NCBI GenBank assembly: GCA_951406725.2
Contig: OX597843.1
Span: 18,662,001 to 18,726,000, forward strand
Length of the DNA: 64,000 nt
DNA from: Octopus vulgaris
Lineage: Eukaryota
Direction: 5' to 3'
In this document: piece by piece, positions 26,891-40,471 of the stretch
Numbering within the stretch: the stretch's first letter is position 1
Layout: the number at the start of each line of letters is the position of its first letter
Made by a program: the position numbers and the translations under genes
The notes under the pieces: generated by a model
Databases searched by the model: none
Seen by the model: only the letters and a program-made list of their open reading frames with translations
What the model was told of the DNA's origin: nothing

Positions 26891-27660
26891 TACGATGTCG
26901 TTTCAAAATTTCCTAAACGAGCTCTATACGATTGTATGCGCGGTGATAGCTAGCAGTGACCTTCATGAGGCAGCCTGTTGAGTGACATCGCTCTATATAT
27001 TTCGCAAGATGTGGCATTTGAACTTTGGTGATACTGTAATCTGCGATTTTTGTCATGAACAGGAAATTGGAAGAAATGAAGAAAGTGTAATTTTGCGTTA
27101 AAATTGGGAAGTCTGCTACAGAGAGATTGAGCATGCTTTGGCAAGATTATGGCGGTGAGACAGTGGGTCGTATGTAATGTTTCGAGTGAAGGGGCGCACG
27201 AAAATACTACAGCTTAATCAAGAGCATGTTCATCATTTTTTTTCCGACATCCTCGGTATTGTGTAATGGGATTTTTCAGGGCGGACGTTCGGAGAAAATG
27301 ATCGGATCTGGGATTCGCGAAGTATTGAATTTTTCACGACAACAATGCACCTATCACCTCACTCGTATGTTTCTTGCCAAAAACAACATGCTATCGCTTC
27401 TGCACCTGCCCTATTCGCCAGATTTACCACCTGTTGACTTGCATCTGTTCTTCAAAATGAAAAATCAGCTCAAACGTTGAGATCAGGAGCAAATTTAACA
27501 CTGTCGTCGAGATCAAGAAGTCCTCGAGCCGCCTATGGAAAACTACGTCCAGGCCGTATTCCAAAAGTGTAAGAACGGCTGGGGCAGTTGTATTATTGCT
27601 CAGGTAATATAAGTTACTTTTATTAAACATTACTCGTTCAGGAACTTTATATATACGACG
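26891..27660 (+). mobile_element. Internally deleted Tc1/mariner element
   Basis: Left TIR tacgatgtcgtttcaaaatttcctaaacgag matches the reverse complement of the module-S right end; FCVKIGKSATE and LHLPYSPDLPPVDLHLFFKMK. Confidence 0.85.
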
Positions 27661-27789
27661 GATTTCCTTCAGTTACCCAATTAACCAACATAAACGGGTT
27701 TGTTCGGCTGGAGACCAGAGTACACGCATAAGGGCTGAATACAGAAGGAAAATTCTTATCACACAGCCATGCCAACGCCAAAGCGAATG

Positions 27790-27831
<42 letters not shown>

Positions 27832-28081
27832 TACACACACACACGTACACACACACAATATACACACACACGTATGACGGAAATGGAAAATGGATTCTAC
27901 GTGATACATTAATCACTACTGCCGTTTCAACGCGTCTTCAATCGGCCCCTCACGGATGAGATAATGGTCAATTGGCCGCGGTGCATCTTTCTTTGCAGAT
28001 GTTTCTCATCAGTTGACATTTCAAAAAGTACTCTGCTCAATAAACTCAGTTTCACTTGGTTCGATTATAATGTATTTCGTT

Positions 28082-28172
<91 letters not shown>

Positions 28173-29501
28173 AAAAATAACAATAATGATAATGATTTTA
28201 GTACGAAGAAGGTGAAGACGAAGAAAGAGGAGGAGGAGAAGAAGAACAAAAACGACAACAACAACAACAATAATTACAACGAAGAAGTCGGTGATGAAGA
28301 AAACGCAATATAAGTAGCAAGAAAACAGACAAGATGGACAAGCAAAACAATAACAAGAAAATTGGGAATGAGGATAGAAATGATAATAAAAATATATCAA
28401 CATAAGTAAAATTATCAGACATACACACAGACACAAACGTACGAGGGACACACCAAACGTTGTTTTATGTTGTGGACGACTAGCTACATTAAAATCCTTC
28501 CTAAAGAAATTGAAACGGCATATGCAGCCCTCACACTTGACAGTTTGACTAAATTGCCCCAGCTGTAGCTCACTGTACAAATAGAACATGACAACTACCA
28601 ACTTCAGCACGTCATGTAATTGTAGAGTTTAAAATAACTCATATTATTGAACCAGTATCTCAAAAGAGTGAGGATGAATATATTTCTATACGTTCTTTTC
28701 TTGAAGTGAGTATAACTCTGCATAAATATATATTTCATAATATACCCACCTATAGACACAAATGCAAACATAGATATTCACGTGCAATCGTACACTGATA
28801 CACAAAATGTTAGACATTTATGCAGACACATAGAGACACAAACAGTCATAGACATCTTCATACACATTCTAACATGAATATAGTAGCAGAACATTAGTTA
28901 GAGATAGAGAGATTAAAAGGAAGATGAGAAGACATTAAGTTCCTAGAAAAGTTTCGCAAATAAAATATAAAAAAATTTAACCAACTTACATTTCCTCTAA
29001 ACTTGGAAGATTTTGAAAGGATCCTTGTGGGATGGTTGTGATCTTATTCCCAGTGAGACCTCTGAAACATAAAATACAGTTCAAAAGAAAGAGAATTAAA
29101 AATATTTCTTATAAAATATTAAATCTTGTACCTTTAGAATCATATTAATAAAAAGAGGACGTTGATGAAGAAAATGGCCACGATGATGTTGATGATGATG
29201 ATGAGGAGGAGGATTGCGATGTTGATTGTAAATGTTGTAATAATGACAGGGAGAAGGAAAAGTGGGATAATGATGATGATTATTATCGAAAACGATGAGA
29301 AACGCTACTGATTAATTGGTGATGACGACGTTGATTATTATGATGTTCATAACGAAGGTGATGATGATTCTGCATGCTAGAAATAGCAGAGTAAATGGTG
29401 GAAGGAAATAGTTTTGATGACAAGATAAATTATAACGATTAGTGAATACGCAAATATGATTAGCAGAAGGACCATGAATATGATAGCGCTGAAGATGATA
29501 C

Positions 29502-29546
<45 letters not shown>

Positions 29547-29967
29547 CGATGATTACGATGATGATGATGAAAGATGTGATGAAAAATTAGAAATTGATAA
29601 GAATAACGAAGAAGGTGAATGAAAATAAATCATAGAACGGATAAATATAGAGAAATAGAAGAAGAAGAAGAAGAAGAAGAAGAAGAAGAAGAAGAAGAAG
29701 AAGAAGAAGAAGAAGAAGAAGAAGAAGAAGAAGAAGGAGCGAAAATGATTCATGAAAAGAGGAGAAAGCAGTTGAAAAATTAAAAGCAGAAGAACCAGAA
29801 AATGATGAACACGATGAATGTAGAGAAAAATTGTGAAGAAGACGATAAATGCAGGAAAAGAAGATATATTAGGAGAAGAAAAATAACGTGGAATATCAGA
29901 ATTGGGTAACAAGTGGGAATAAAAGAATATAAATACAAATACTGTAGTCACACATCAAACAATCACA

Positions 29968-30024
<57 letters not shown>

Positions 30025-30034
30025 GTTTATATAT

Positions 30035-30563
30035 TTGGTTAGCAAGAATTTTGATGTGAAATCGTGTGTTAAAACAGATACTGTTGAATTTAGGAATGGT
30101 CATTTTGTCAGTTTAGCCAATAAAAACACACGCACTATATATTTGGTGTTACTTAGCTTCAGCGTTAGTTACTTTTTACATTAATCTTAATCTTATTTCG
30201 GCCAGAGTTCTTTCGTCACACTCCAGTGACCTCATCAGTGGTCCTTTGCTTTCTTCTTTCTTATATGTGTGTCTCTCCTTACTAACGGTCACTCATTTTG
30301 TATTTTGTATTTCTATTGTATGTGTCTTCATTTGCGCATATGGATATACATCTATATGTGCCTATGTTTTGTTAAAGTGTGTGTGTGGGGAAGAGCCTGT
30401 AATATTTGTATCTCCTGTTTATATACGTTCGAAAGAACTCTGGCCGAAATAAGATTAAATTTAATGTAAGAAATAAATGACGCTGAAACAAAGTAACACC
30501 AAATATATAGTGCGTGTGGTTTTATTGGTTAAACTGGCAAAATGACCATTCCTAAATACAACA
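30035..30563. mobile_element. Inverted-repeat hammerhead-bearing mini element in a microsatellite
   Basis: Imperfect arms of about 134 bp (30082-30215 / 30430-30563); absent at the paralogous sites near 17500 and 47880. Confidence 0.85.
30202..30241 (-). ncRNA. Minimal type-I hammerhead ribozyme
   Basis: cca-CTGATGA-g-gtcac-tggagt-gtgac-GAAA-gaac-TC-tgg. Confidence 0.7.
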
Positions 30564-30599
<36 letters not shown>

Positions 30600-30898
30600 C
30601 TGTGTGTCTGTGTGTGTACATACACACATCCACCTATATATACCTTATCAAACCCTGATGTATAAACGCACACACACACTTCCAGGCCACACATATATTC
30701 CCACTTTCTTACACACAGGCAAACATAAATTGCAAGACAATATGAATTGTAGAAAAATGAGGGTAAATAAACAAGATAAGAGAGACATTTAGTTTGTGGA
30801 AAAGACATTGGGTGACATATCGTGATCTTATGAAGAAGATGACTAACATAAGAGTAAGTTGATGATAAAGAATAGGCCGAAAAAGGAAACAACGATGA

Positions 30899-30972
<74 letters not shown>

Positions 30973-31837
30973 AAGAAGAAGAAGAAGAAGAAGAAGAAGA
31001 AGAAGAATAAGAAGAAGAAGAAGAAAATGAAGATGATGATGATTATGATGATAACGATGATGAGCAACAACAACAGCAACAACTTTAAAGCAATAATAAG
31101 AGAAGTGGCAGAAGAGAAGAATGATGTAAAAAAATAAGGAGGAAACGAAGGAGTCTGTCATGAAGAAAACTTGAATATAATATTTCTGATTCTATAATAA
31201 TTCTGCTTGTCATTATGTTAATTAGTCCGTCGGTAACGCTTTCTCGTGATTAGAGAAAAAGAGGGAGAACGAAAAAGAGCGAAAGAGAAATGTCCATGAC
31301 CTGAGGTAGAAGGAACGTGACTGTAATGCTTTCACGTGATTAGTTGAATGGAAAGAGAGACCAAGAGAAAGAAAAAGGAATGAGAAAACGAAAGTAAGTC
31401 GAATAGTGGGGCAAAAAGAGGGGGACAGGGAGAAAAGGGGAGAGAGAAAAGAGCGAGGGAGAAAAAGAGGGAGAGGACATGTGGTAGAGGGAAGGTAATA
31501 TTTATTACGTGATGAAAAAGTTAGTTGAAGGTAGTGATATTGAGGAGGGTTACGAATATAATTTTAGCAGAGCGGTGATGTTCTGATGGTGAGATTAAAA
31601 TAAGTCAGATAGGTAGATAAATAGATAGATAGATAAACTGAGAAAATGAGAGAAAGGGGAGTGAGAGACGGTGGTAGTGGTTGTGGTTGAAGTGGTAATG
31701 ATGAGTGCATAATGCAAAGTCACTTTTGAATTCAACGAAGTGTTTTATATTCTCTATCACTTAACGGTTGCACATAACTGCAATTCTGTTAAATATTCAC
31801 ACTTATTTACAGTGTCACATGTAAGGCGTATATATTT

Positions 31838-31875
<38 letters not shown>

Positions 31876-32115
31876 TACAGTTAAGAAATATATGAATTGT
31901 AATTAAAATATATATATTTCAATTAAAATAAAGGTGGACACACAGTAAATTCCGTCTCTACAAAATCCCGGTTGATGTTGTTACTGCTTCTCATACATTC
32001 TGCCGTTGGTTGTGCTTCTGCTACGGCGAGATAGAAATTCGCAGTTTACGGTTATTTGATCTTTGTTCCAAAGCTGTGCTTATGAAATAAGCAAATTACA
32101 AAACTTGACTGAACA

Positions 32116-34748
32116 ATGGATAAAAAAGATTAGAAGCTACTCGCGAGAGGGTTAGGCACTACAGACAGCGGATAAGAGAAGAACAGCAGTAAGAAACCAG
32201 AGAAAGGGACAAATGGTACCAACAGATGAGACGATCTGCAATAGATGAAGAGCAGCGCAAGGCACAATTGCAGGGAGAGGGAATGCGAGTCCAAGGTAGA
32301 AGACAGGATGAGGAAGAACAAACACAGTACAAGGAACAACAAACATTGATATTTCTGCGGAGAATGGAAAGCATGAATGATATGCAGCGTGCGCAGTATC
32401 AGGACCAACAGAAAAGCGTAATGTAACAGAGAAGGGAGAATATGGATGATTTGGAAAGGGCTGCTTGTCTCCAAGGTCAAACAGAGAGACATCAAGGTGG
32501 AATTGCAAGTATGAATACTGAACAGGCGTTACGTTTGCGAGATGAACAGGTGCAACGAAAGCGTGAAGGAAGACATGGACTACCACTGAACAGACACAAT
32601 AATCCTAAACGAACCTATCGTATTGGTGATATGTACTTATATTGCGAGTATTGTGGAGCACTGAACTTTAAATATGAAAACTTCATGTTCTGTCACAATA
32701 AAAAAGTGAATTTTCCTCCACTGCAACCAAACACTCACACATTGAAGCGTTTGTCTGAGAAAATTACCAAGAGTCTGCTTCATTTCGAAAAAAACATTAG
32801 CAATTACAACTGCATATCTTCCTTTACGTCATTTGGTGTGAAAATCTCTCTGCCGCAAGGAAGAGGTCTACATTGTTTCTGTATTGTTGTGGAAGAATTC
32901 CGACCACCTTCCAATTGACTTAAAGTGAACTGACATATTCCTATTAGATAGACAACTGTCGAGTCTTCAGCAATTAATTGGAAAATAGTTCACTGCGATC
33001 CATTGACAGAGAGCGTTGGGTAATCGATTCGCGACGTGTAAACACTTTATTTCCCCCTGATTCCTTAAATCCTACGTTCCAAACCAGGGTGTAAAAGTGG
33101 CGAAGAGTTCTTCGAAGTTTGCGTTGGACGTTTAAGTTTGTTTGGGATGGGTATGAAACCAAAGAAAAATCGTTTAAGATAGAAGGCTTATTGGCGTCTG
33201 TGGTGCAGTTGCAACAGCAACAATAGTAACAACAACAAGAGCAACTACAACAGCAACAACAACAAAACCAAGAGTTACTGGAATCAATGTTAAAGAAGTC
33301 TAAAATTCCTTCAGGTGCGAACATGCGAGACAGCGTAGCAATCTCTATTGAAGTATTCAGTTATAATCCAGAAGATGGGATTACTTTCTCTGCATATTTT
33401 CGAAGATACGAAGAAATTTTCAACGTTTGAGGTACAAACACAGAAACAATTTGTAATTACACGTTCTAGCACCAGAAAACGAAAATAACGGAAACACAGG
33501 AATTGAGCCCTAAGCATAAGAGATATTAAAATTCTGAGCGACTTTAATTCCCAAGTGGAGAATTTAGGGGAGACTAATTCTATAAAGGGGATATGCTGTG
33601 GAAAGATTCTGACTACATTCCAAGGGACTAAAAGTGGTCTGACACATTTCCATTACATGGAGATCTGTCTAGTCGTAAGCAATTGATTGTGAACAATTGA
33701 TTGGTAAGCATTTCCCTATGATCCGTTGGCAGAGAGCGTCGAGTCTCATGTAATAGTAATCGTATTGCGTCGTGTAAATAGCTTCGTTAAATCATATAAC
33801 CAATACCAGGATATAGAACGTATTCAGGGCCAAACTAAGCACAAAACTACAAACTTGAATCTGTCAATGGTCGCCTGCAGTACAGTTAGTTGTATATGAT
33901 TAATGCATCACACAGTGGAAGCAAGTCAGAACTCCCAAAGCTCTTCTCAAAGAATAGTTGTCATGTGCAACAAGTAAATCCTTATGTTGAGTTATATGGG
34001 AACATGCACTTGATTGAACAACAAGAGATTGGAGGTGCCAGGAGCGAAAATGTGAACTACAATTCAAAAGAAGGCGCTCCTCGCAATTGATGGGGAATGG
34101 ATCACAGCAGAAGCTGGATGCCATTCTGTTGACAGCAGGTATGTCGTTCCATACTATGCTTACCTATTAAAGAAATTCCGAGCTCATATTAATATAGAAG
34201 ATTGCTCCTCTGTAAAAATGTCAAGTGTATATGCAAGTATGTCTACAACGGTCGCGATAACGCTTCAGTTGAAGTAAGGAATGTTGCAGTTGCAGAAGGT
34301 GGACAGACTCAGCAAGCCCAAGGTTATATCAGAAATTATTTTGCGTGTTGATATGTTTCACCTTCTGAAGCCATGTGGAGAATGTCTAAGTAGAAGCTGC
34401 ATGACTCGTTCCACACTGTCTACAGATTAGCAGTTCACTTTGAAGACCATCGGAGACTGAGCTTTCACAGAGGTAGCACTTAGCAACCTGATCAAGAACA
34501 GAGAGATCGTGACAATACTCTCACTGCATGGTTCAAACTGAATGAGCACGATTAACGGAAGTACTTGTACCCTAACATTCCTAAAAGTTATGTGTTTAAT
34601 GAACGTACAAAAACCATGAACACTCAGGAGAAGAAACAATAACATCGGCTGCAGAATGAACACAGTGAGTCCTATGACGTAGAAAAATTTCATTTACGAT
34701 TGCTATTTTGGATGTTCCAGGTGCTAAGCGCTTTGAGAAGTGAGCACG
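32116..34748 (+). pseudogene. Helitron family A N-terminal and Rep pseudogene
   Basis: ATG at 32116; Gln/Arg/Glu-rich repeats; IGDMYLYCEYCGALNF...CHNKKV zinc finger; SFTSFG..GRGLHCF(R)IQGQ; YVVPYYAYLLKKFRAHINIEDCSSVK. 34100-34748 aligns with 55140-55810. Confidence 0.88.
32885..33818 (+). mobile_element. Internally deleted Ty3/Gypsy LTR retrotransposon nested in the Helitron
   Basis: Diverged LTRs start tgttgtggaa (32885) and tgctgtggaa (33594). PBS-like ttggcgtc near 33192; PPT aaagggga; gag EVFSYNPEDGITFSAYFRRYEEIF; TSD tgtat/cgtat. Confidence 0.75.
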
Positions 34749-35035
34749 GAAACTGAAAGAAGCACGTCGTATAGCACGTCGTATATATGTGTATATATAT
34801 ATATACGTGTGTGTGTTTTTGTGTCTGTGTTTGTCCCCCTAGCATTGCTTGACAACCTATGCTCGTGTTTTTATGTCCCCATAACTCAGCGGTTTGGCAA
34901 AAGAGACCGATAGAATAAGTACTGGGCTTACAAAAGAATAAGTCCCGGGGTCGAGTTGCTCGATTAAAGGCGGTGCTCCAGCATGGCCGCAGTCAAATGA
35001 TACAAACAAGTAAAAGAGTAAAAGAGAAAAGAGTA
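34747..35035 (+). mobile_element. SINE, 5'-truncated (family of 41061-41501)
   Basis: cggaaactgaaagaagc...ggcggtgctccagcatggccgcagtcaaatga...agtaaaagagtaaaagag. Confidence 0.8.
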
Positions 35036-36240
35036 TAACAAAAGAGGCGTTGTATTTCCACGCAGAAAAGTATATAGGAAAATTTGTTGTTGAAAATGCC
35101 CCTAAATTTGAAAAACATGTAATTGTTTTTAAATAAATATATTTACATACATACCAAACTAGTTTCAACAATATTTTTTGTTTATCAATGGTGAAAATTT
35201 AAAATTATGAATTAGAAAAACATGTTTTTATGTTTATATGTTTCGGTAAAATGAAGTATGATTTTAAATGTTCATAACATTCAATAATATATAAAAGAAA
35301 TGTGGATCGTTTTGCTCAAATGCACAAAATTCAATAGTGTTAGTAGTGATCGATAAGAAATGTGGAGTATCAAAGTTTCGGCCACACTGAGTTAAGAGGG
35401 AGAAAAACAAGGGAGAAATGAAGATAGTGAAAAAAGGGTTTTTGTTTACAGTTTCTGTGATTCTCTTACCGACATGTGCAGGATCTTTTGCTTGTAAAGG
35501 CGTTTTTTTAGAATCCGGTGTATTTACGATTTTTTCCGTGAACGGATCTGATATTTGTTGATGTCTTATTTTTCTGGTGGTCAAGATTTCATACTGCCTG
35601 GTTGGCTTACCTGTGGGGAACGGTCATCAGCCATTCTAGTTGGTTGATTCTCATAAAGGGTAATTTTCTTGTATTTGCTGAAGTTCGATTTTGATTGTAA
35701 GTCAAATTTCATTGTTCTAGAGTTAGGTGACGTCAGCAACTGGTATGTGTATGGTGTTATTGTATGGCGATTCGGATTAGCGATTTCGAAACCCGCGTTC
35801 AAAACTGTTACTAAAGCGTTTTGAATATCTGTTTTTGTATCACGTTTGTTGTTTCTTTGTGGAGAAATTATGTTTCTTAATTTTTCGGTTTCGTGTTTAA
35901 ACAGAGGTGAATAAGAGGGAACGAATTAAACGATATTCTATATTCCATAATACTATAGTTGTTACTACATGATTTCACAACCATTGTACATGGTTCAGAT
36001 GATGTAATTAATAAATTGCGTAATCCTTACCATCTATCAGAGGTGTAAAACATGCTTAGCAGGTGAGTATTTCAATAAGTCCTACGTTCCACCTTTAAGG
36101 AATTCTAGTGATGACACACGATGTAAATTATATCATCTCATCAAGAACTACGGATGTGATGTGTAGACACAATTGCATTGATATAGAATAAAGAAAGTCG
36201 CTGATACCATTCTCTTATTCTTCATTAGGTATATATGTAT
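35035..36240 (-). mobile_element. PLE-related module, copy 2
   Basis: Near-identical to 1533-2800; degenerate hammerhead at 35152-35193. Confidence 0.55.
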
Positions 36241-36267
36241 ATATGCAAGTATGTATGTATGTATGTA

Positions 36268-37974
36268 CCAATCTTCTCTCTTTTACTTGTGTTTTGTGGA
36301 CGCCCCCAGACGATGAAGTAGGCTAGCTCAATACGTAGATATAGAGGGAGAAGTCTGGACTTCGAAGTAGAGTCGAGTTGAGTAGAGAATTTTGTAGTTG
36401 ATAGGTGTTGTTTTTGAGGTCGAGTTGTTGAAGTTGAGTTGTATTTGTGAGTTGAACGTGATTTTATTGTTGATTGTTGCTGTTGTTGATACCGTTGTTA
36501 ATATCGTTAAAGTTTTGTTGAGTTGATATTTCCCATTGGGGAAAATGGAGAAGGCGCCAGCGGGCGGCCACAGCTGTGCAACGGCAACTGGAGGAGAAGC
36601 GGGGAGAGAAGCATTGTAGACTTTTGAAGTAGAGGTCGAGGCCAGGAGGATGAAAGCTGGAGAGAGGCTGCTGAGGAGGGAAGGCTAGAAGATAAAATTG
36701 ACACCACCTGAGGAGCTAATGAACAGTGTTATGAGGAGGACAGTGACATACAGGACTGTGAGGGTCGCTACAGGATGGATCGAGATAGCAACTGTGGAGG
36801 GGATCGAGAGGATGTTGGAATGCATAAAAGGATGATAACCTTCGGAACAGGATGCAGGGAGTATGCAACTGTAGATGTGCGTTTCACATCGGAGGAGGAA
36901 GTGACGTGGCATGATACGGAGGCGGTCCGCTCAGAAGTATGGATTCTTCTGCCATCCTGTTGTGGCTGACGTGTGGCGATGGTTCGGTTGGGCCAGGTGC
37001 TCCCTATGAGCTGGAGGAGGCATGGCTGATGACGGCCATTGTGTACAGCATGGAGGACGAGGCTGGAATATTGAGGGCCACCAGAGCAAACAAGCTGCTG
37101 GGGCTGTGGGTTGGAGCTAACAATCCAGGCTAAATGGAGGACTTGAACGGAATGGCAGAGGAGATAGTGTTGCACTGGGAGTGAAGGTGGAAGGCGGGTC
37201 GCTTGTGTGTTTCCAGTGTGGCGAGGAGGGACACATGAAGGCGAGATACCCACGGAGGGAGCAGAGAGAGACTGAAGAGGGTGTCCAGAATAATGATAAT
37301 GAGAAAACAGCGGTAGAAGAATTCGCGCTAGTGGAAAGAAAAAGAAGGAGTGGTAGGGTAAGCCCGCCACCGACTAACCAGAAAAAGAAGAAAGAAGAGG
37401 TGGGAAAGAAAGAGATAACGAGAAAGAAAGATGATAAAAGTGAGTCGGAAAAGGGAAGGGAAAAAATAATTAAGAAGGTGTGTGACAATGAGTCAGAGAA
37501 GGAGGAAGCAAGTATGAAGATGACAGGTGAAATGACGGAAGATTCAGGAACTCAACTACAAGAGGGTGAGATGGGGAAACTGAAGACGGAGAAAGAGAAG
37601 GTCTCAGACTCAGAGAAGTGTATAGAGGAACCTATAATAAAATGGTAGTAAACGAAGAAAGGAGAAGACCGAAAGAGGGTAAGAACAAATAGAATTTTAT
37701 GACGTATTCTAAGAACAAAGAAGTGGAGAAACAAATCGTAAAGTTCAGGCACATCATATGGGTAAAGTTGTCCAATGACGTGTAACAAGAGAGTGTGAAG
37801 GCCTTTGTGGTCGATAGGGAAACCTATAAGAAACTTAGAGATGTGTGCGGGGATTGAATTGACCCGGCCAGAGCGTTGATGGAGTTCAACTTGCTGCCAC
37901 CAGTAATTGATCTGTTAGAACAGGAGCCGTATATGAGACGTTAAAGGTGAAAAAAATGAAAAAAGAAATGAAAA
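36268..37974 (+). mobile_element. ORF1-only L1/Tx1-type retroelement, most complete copy (HAL1-like candidate)
   Basis: 5' UTR, ATG at 36545, CFQCGEEGHMKARYP knuckle, decayed frame ending TAA at 37944, then an A-rich tract; no ORF2 follows. Confidence 0.7.
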
Positions 37975-38032
37975 CGTTTCATATTTGTGTCTTATTTCGC
38001 AAAGCGACTTTTCCGAAGGAAATGGATTTATA

Positions 38033-39553
38033 ACTCAGGTAGTATAAGTTACTTTTATTAAACATAACTCGGTCGGGAACCTTATGATACCACTTCGTAT
38101 ATATACGACAAGTTACCGTGTACCCAATTAACTAACATACACGGGTGTGTTCGGTTGAAGACCAGGGTACACGCAGAGGGACAGAATACGGAAGCAAAAT
38201 TGTTATCACACAGCCATACCAACATCTAAGCGTATATTCACACACACATACACACACATGAGGGAAATGGAAAATTGATTTTTCGTTAATCACTACGACC
38301 GTTTCAGCCCGTCTTCCATCGGTACCTCATACATGAGATTCTGATCGATCGGCCACAGTGCATCTTTCTGTACAGATGTTTCTCATCAAGTGACGTTTCA
38401 AAAACCACCTCGCTCAATAAACTCGGCTTCACTCGGTTCGATTATTATGTATTTCGTTATGTTAAGAAGAAGAAGAACAAGAACAACAACAACAACAACA
38501 ACAACAAAATCAGTAACAAAAAGCACCTTGCTCGATAAACCCGGTATCGCTCGGTTCGATTATAATGTATTTCGTTATGTTATGAACAACAATAGCAACA
38601 ACAACAACAACACAATCAGTAACAACGAGGAAGTCGATGATGAAGAAAAGATAATAAAAGTAGCCAGAAAACAGACAAGATGGACAAGCAAAACAATATG
38701 ACAATTACGAATGAGATAGAAATGACAATAAAAATATATCAACGTAAGTAATATCATTACACATATACACAAACGTACGAGGGACACACCAAACATAGTC
38801 TTTTATTGTGGACGACTGACTACTCTAACATCCTTCCTAAAGAAATTGAAACGGCATAAGCAGCCATCACACTGGACAGTTTGACCGACTTGCCCCGAGC
38901 TATATGTCACTGTACAAATAGAAAATGACGACTTCCAATTTCAGCACCTCTTGTAATTGTAGAGTTTAAAATAATTCATATCAATGAAGCAGCATCTCAA
39001 AAAAAAGTGAGAATGAATATATTTCTATACGTTCGTTTCTTTTCTTGAAGTGTATATAGATCTTTCAAACGAACTCTGCATAAATATGCATTTCCTAATA
39101 GACATTGATGGTGACGCATAGAGACACAAACAAATACAGAGACTTTCATGCACACTCCAACACGAATTTGGTAGCGGAATATACGTTAGAGATACAGAGA
39201 GAAAAAGAAAGATGAGAAGACATGAAATCCCTAGAAAAATTTCGTAAATAAAATAATATCAAAAGACTTAAGCAACTTACATTTCCTGTAAACTTGGAAG
39301 ATTTTGAAAGGATCCTTGTTGGATGGTTGTGATCTGATTATACCAGAAATTTCTGAAACATAAAACACGGGTCAAAAGAAAAAGTATTAAAATGATTTCT
39401 GATAAAATATTAAATCTTGTATCTTTAGAATCATATTAATAACAAAAGGACGATGAAGGAGAAAATGGCCGCGATGACGATGATGATGATGATGATGAGG
39501 GGGAGGAGGATGACGATGTTGATGGTAAATGTTGTAATAAGGACGGTGAGGAA
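38033..39553 (+). repeat. Module S copy 4 (subtype A, 3'-truncated)
   Basis: Aligns with 5694-7120 and breaks at the PLE RT fragment. Confidence 0.85.
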
Positions 39554-40046
39554 GTGTAGTTTGTATGTAGTATGCAGTTGGGGCATAATCCTATTTGATA
39601 AAATCTTGTAATCTTGTATCTGAAATGGAGAAGCAAATGAGGCGAACGGAGTGGTTCTTGGCAAATTTTATTTTATAGTCTTTTACGTTAATATAGAATG
39701 TGCGTGTTGAGGAAGGTTCAGTCCTATCTTCTAATCCGAGTTCGCAAGCGAGATCACGATTTTTGATGATGATGTCTTTTAGAGTGGAACCGGTACAATA
39801 TGGTAGCCTTTATATAGTTGTTTGTGTATTAGGTCACGGTATTTATCTAGAGGAACGTTATAAAGGTTGCCAGTCTTGACAGCTTTGATGAGAATTTCAG
39901 AGTATTTTTGAAGACTCACGAGGATAATATTAATTTTAGTTAGGTGGGGTTTGATTGTTATTTTTCTGGGTTTAAATGTGATGTTTTTAATGAGATTGGT
40001 AAGATCTTGTTCGAAATTATCTAAGTTACGCCTACGAAGTGCATAT
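39554..40046 (-). pseudogene. PLE RT N-terminal fragment
   Basis: Diverged homolog of about 660-1118; both end at ...gtgcata. Confidence 0.75.
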
Positions 40047-40471
40047 ATAACGTTTGTCTCTTAGTCTGCGAATTATCTTACATTCAACAAAATATAATAC
40101 GTATGTATATATTGGTATATTGAAATGGGAAAAAAAGTTATATATGTATATTTGTGCGTATATGTATGTATGCATATACATATGTTTGCTACAATATGTA
40201 TGCAGAATGATATTGACACTATAATAACTCTATGATATATTGATAAACCGATATTGATTGTAAAATTAATATACTTTTATCGTTCATAAACATCTGTTTA
40301 TATATTATATTATATTCTATATTTTATTTTTCATATACTATCTGTTGTGAATAGCAGAATACACCTAATCTAATATTAATAATAATAATATTAGTAATAA
40401 CTGAATATTATATGTACTTAAGGATGTTGATGTGTATGTATATTTCAGTATATATTTATATATATATATAT

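Larger units (their letters stand above)
27585..31620 (+). repeat. Module S copy 3 (longest)
   Basis: Contains blocks found in both subtype A and subtype B copies. Confidence 0.85.
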
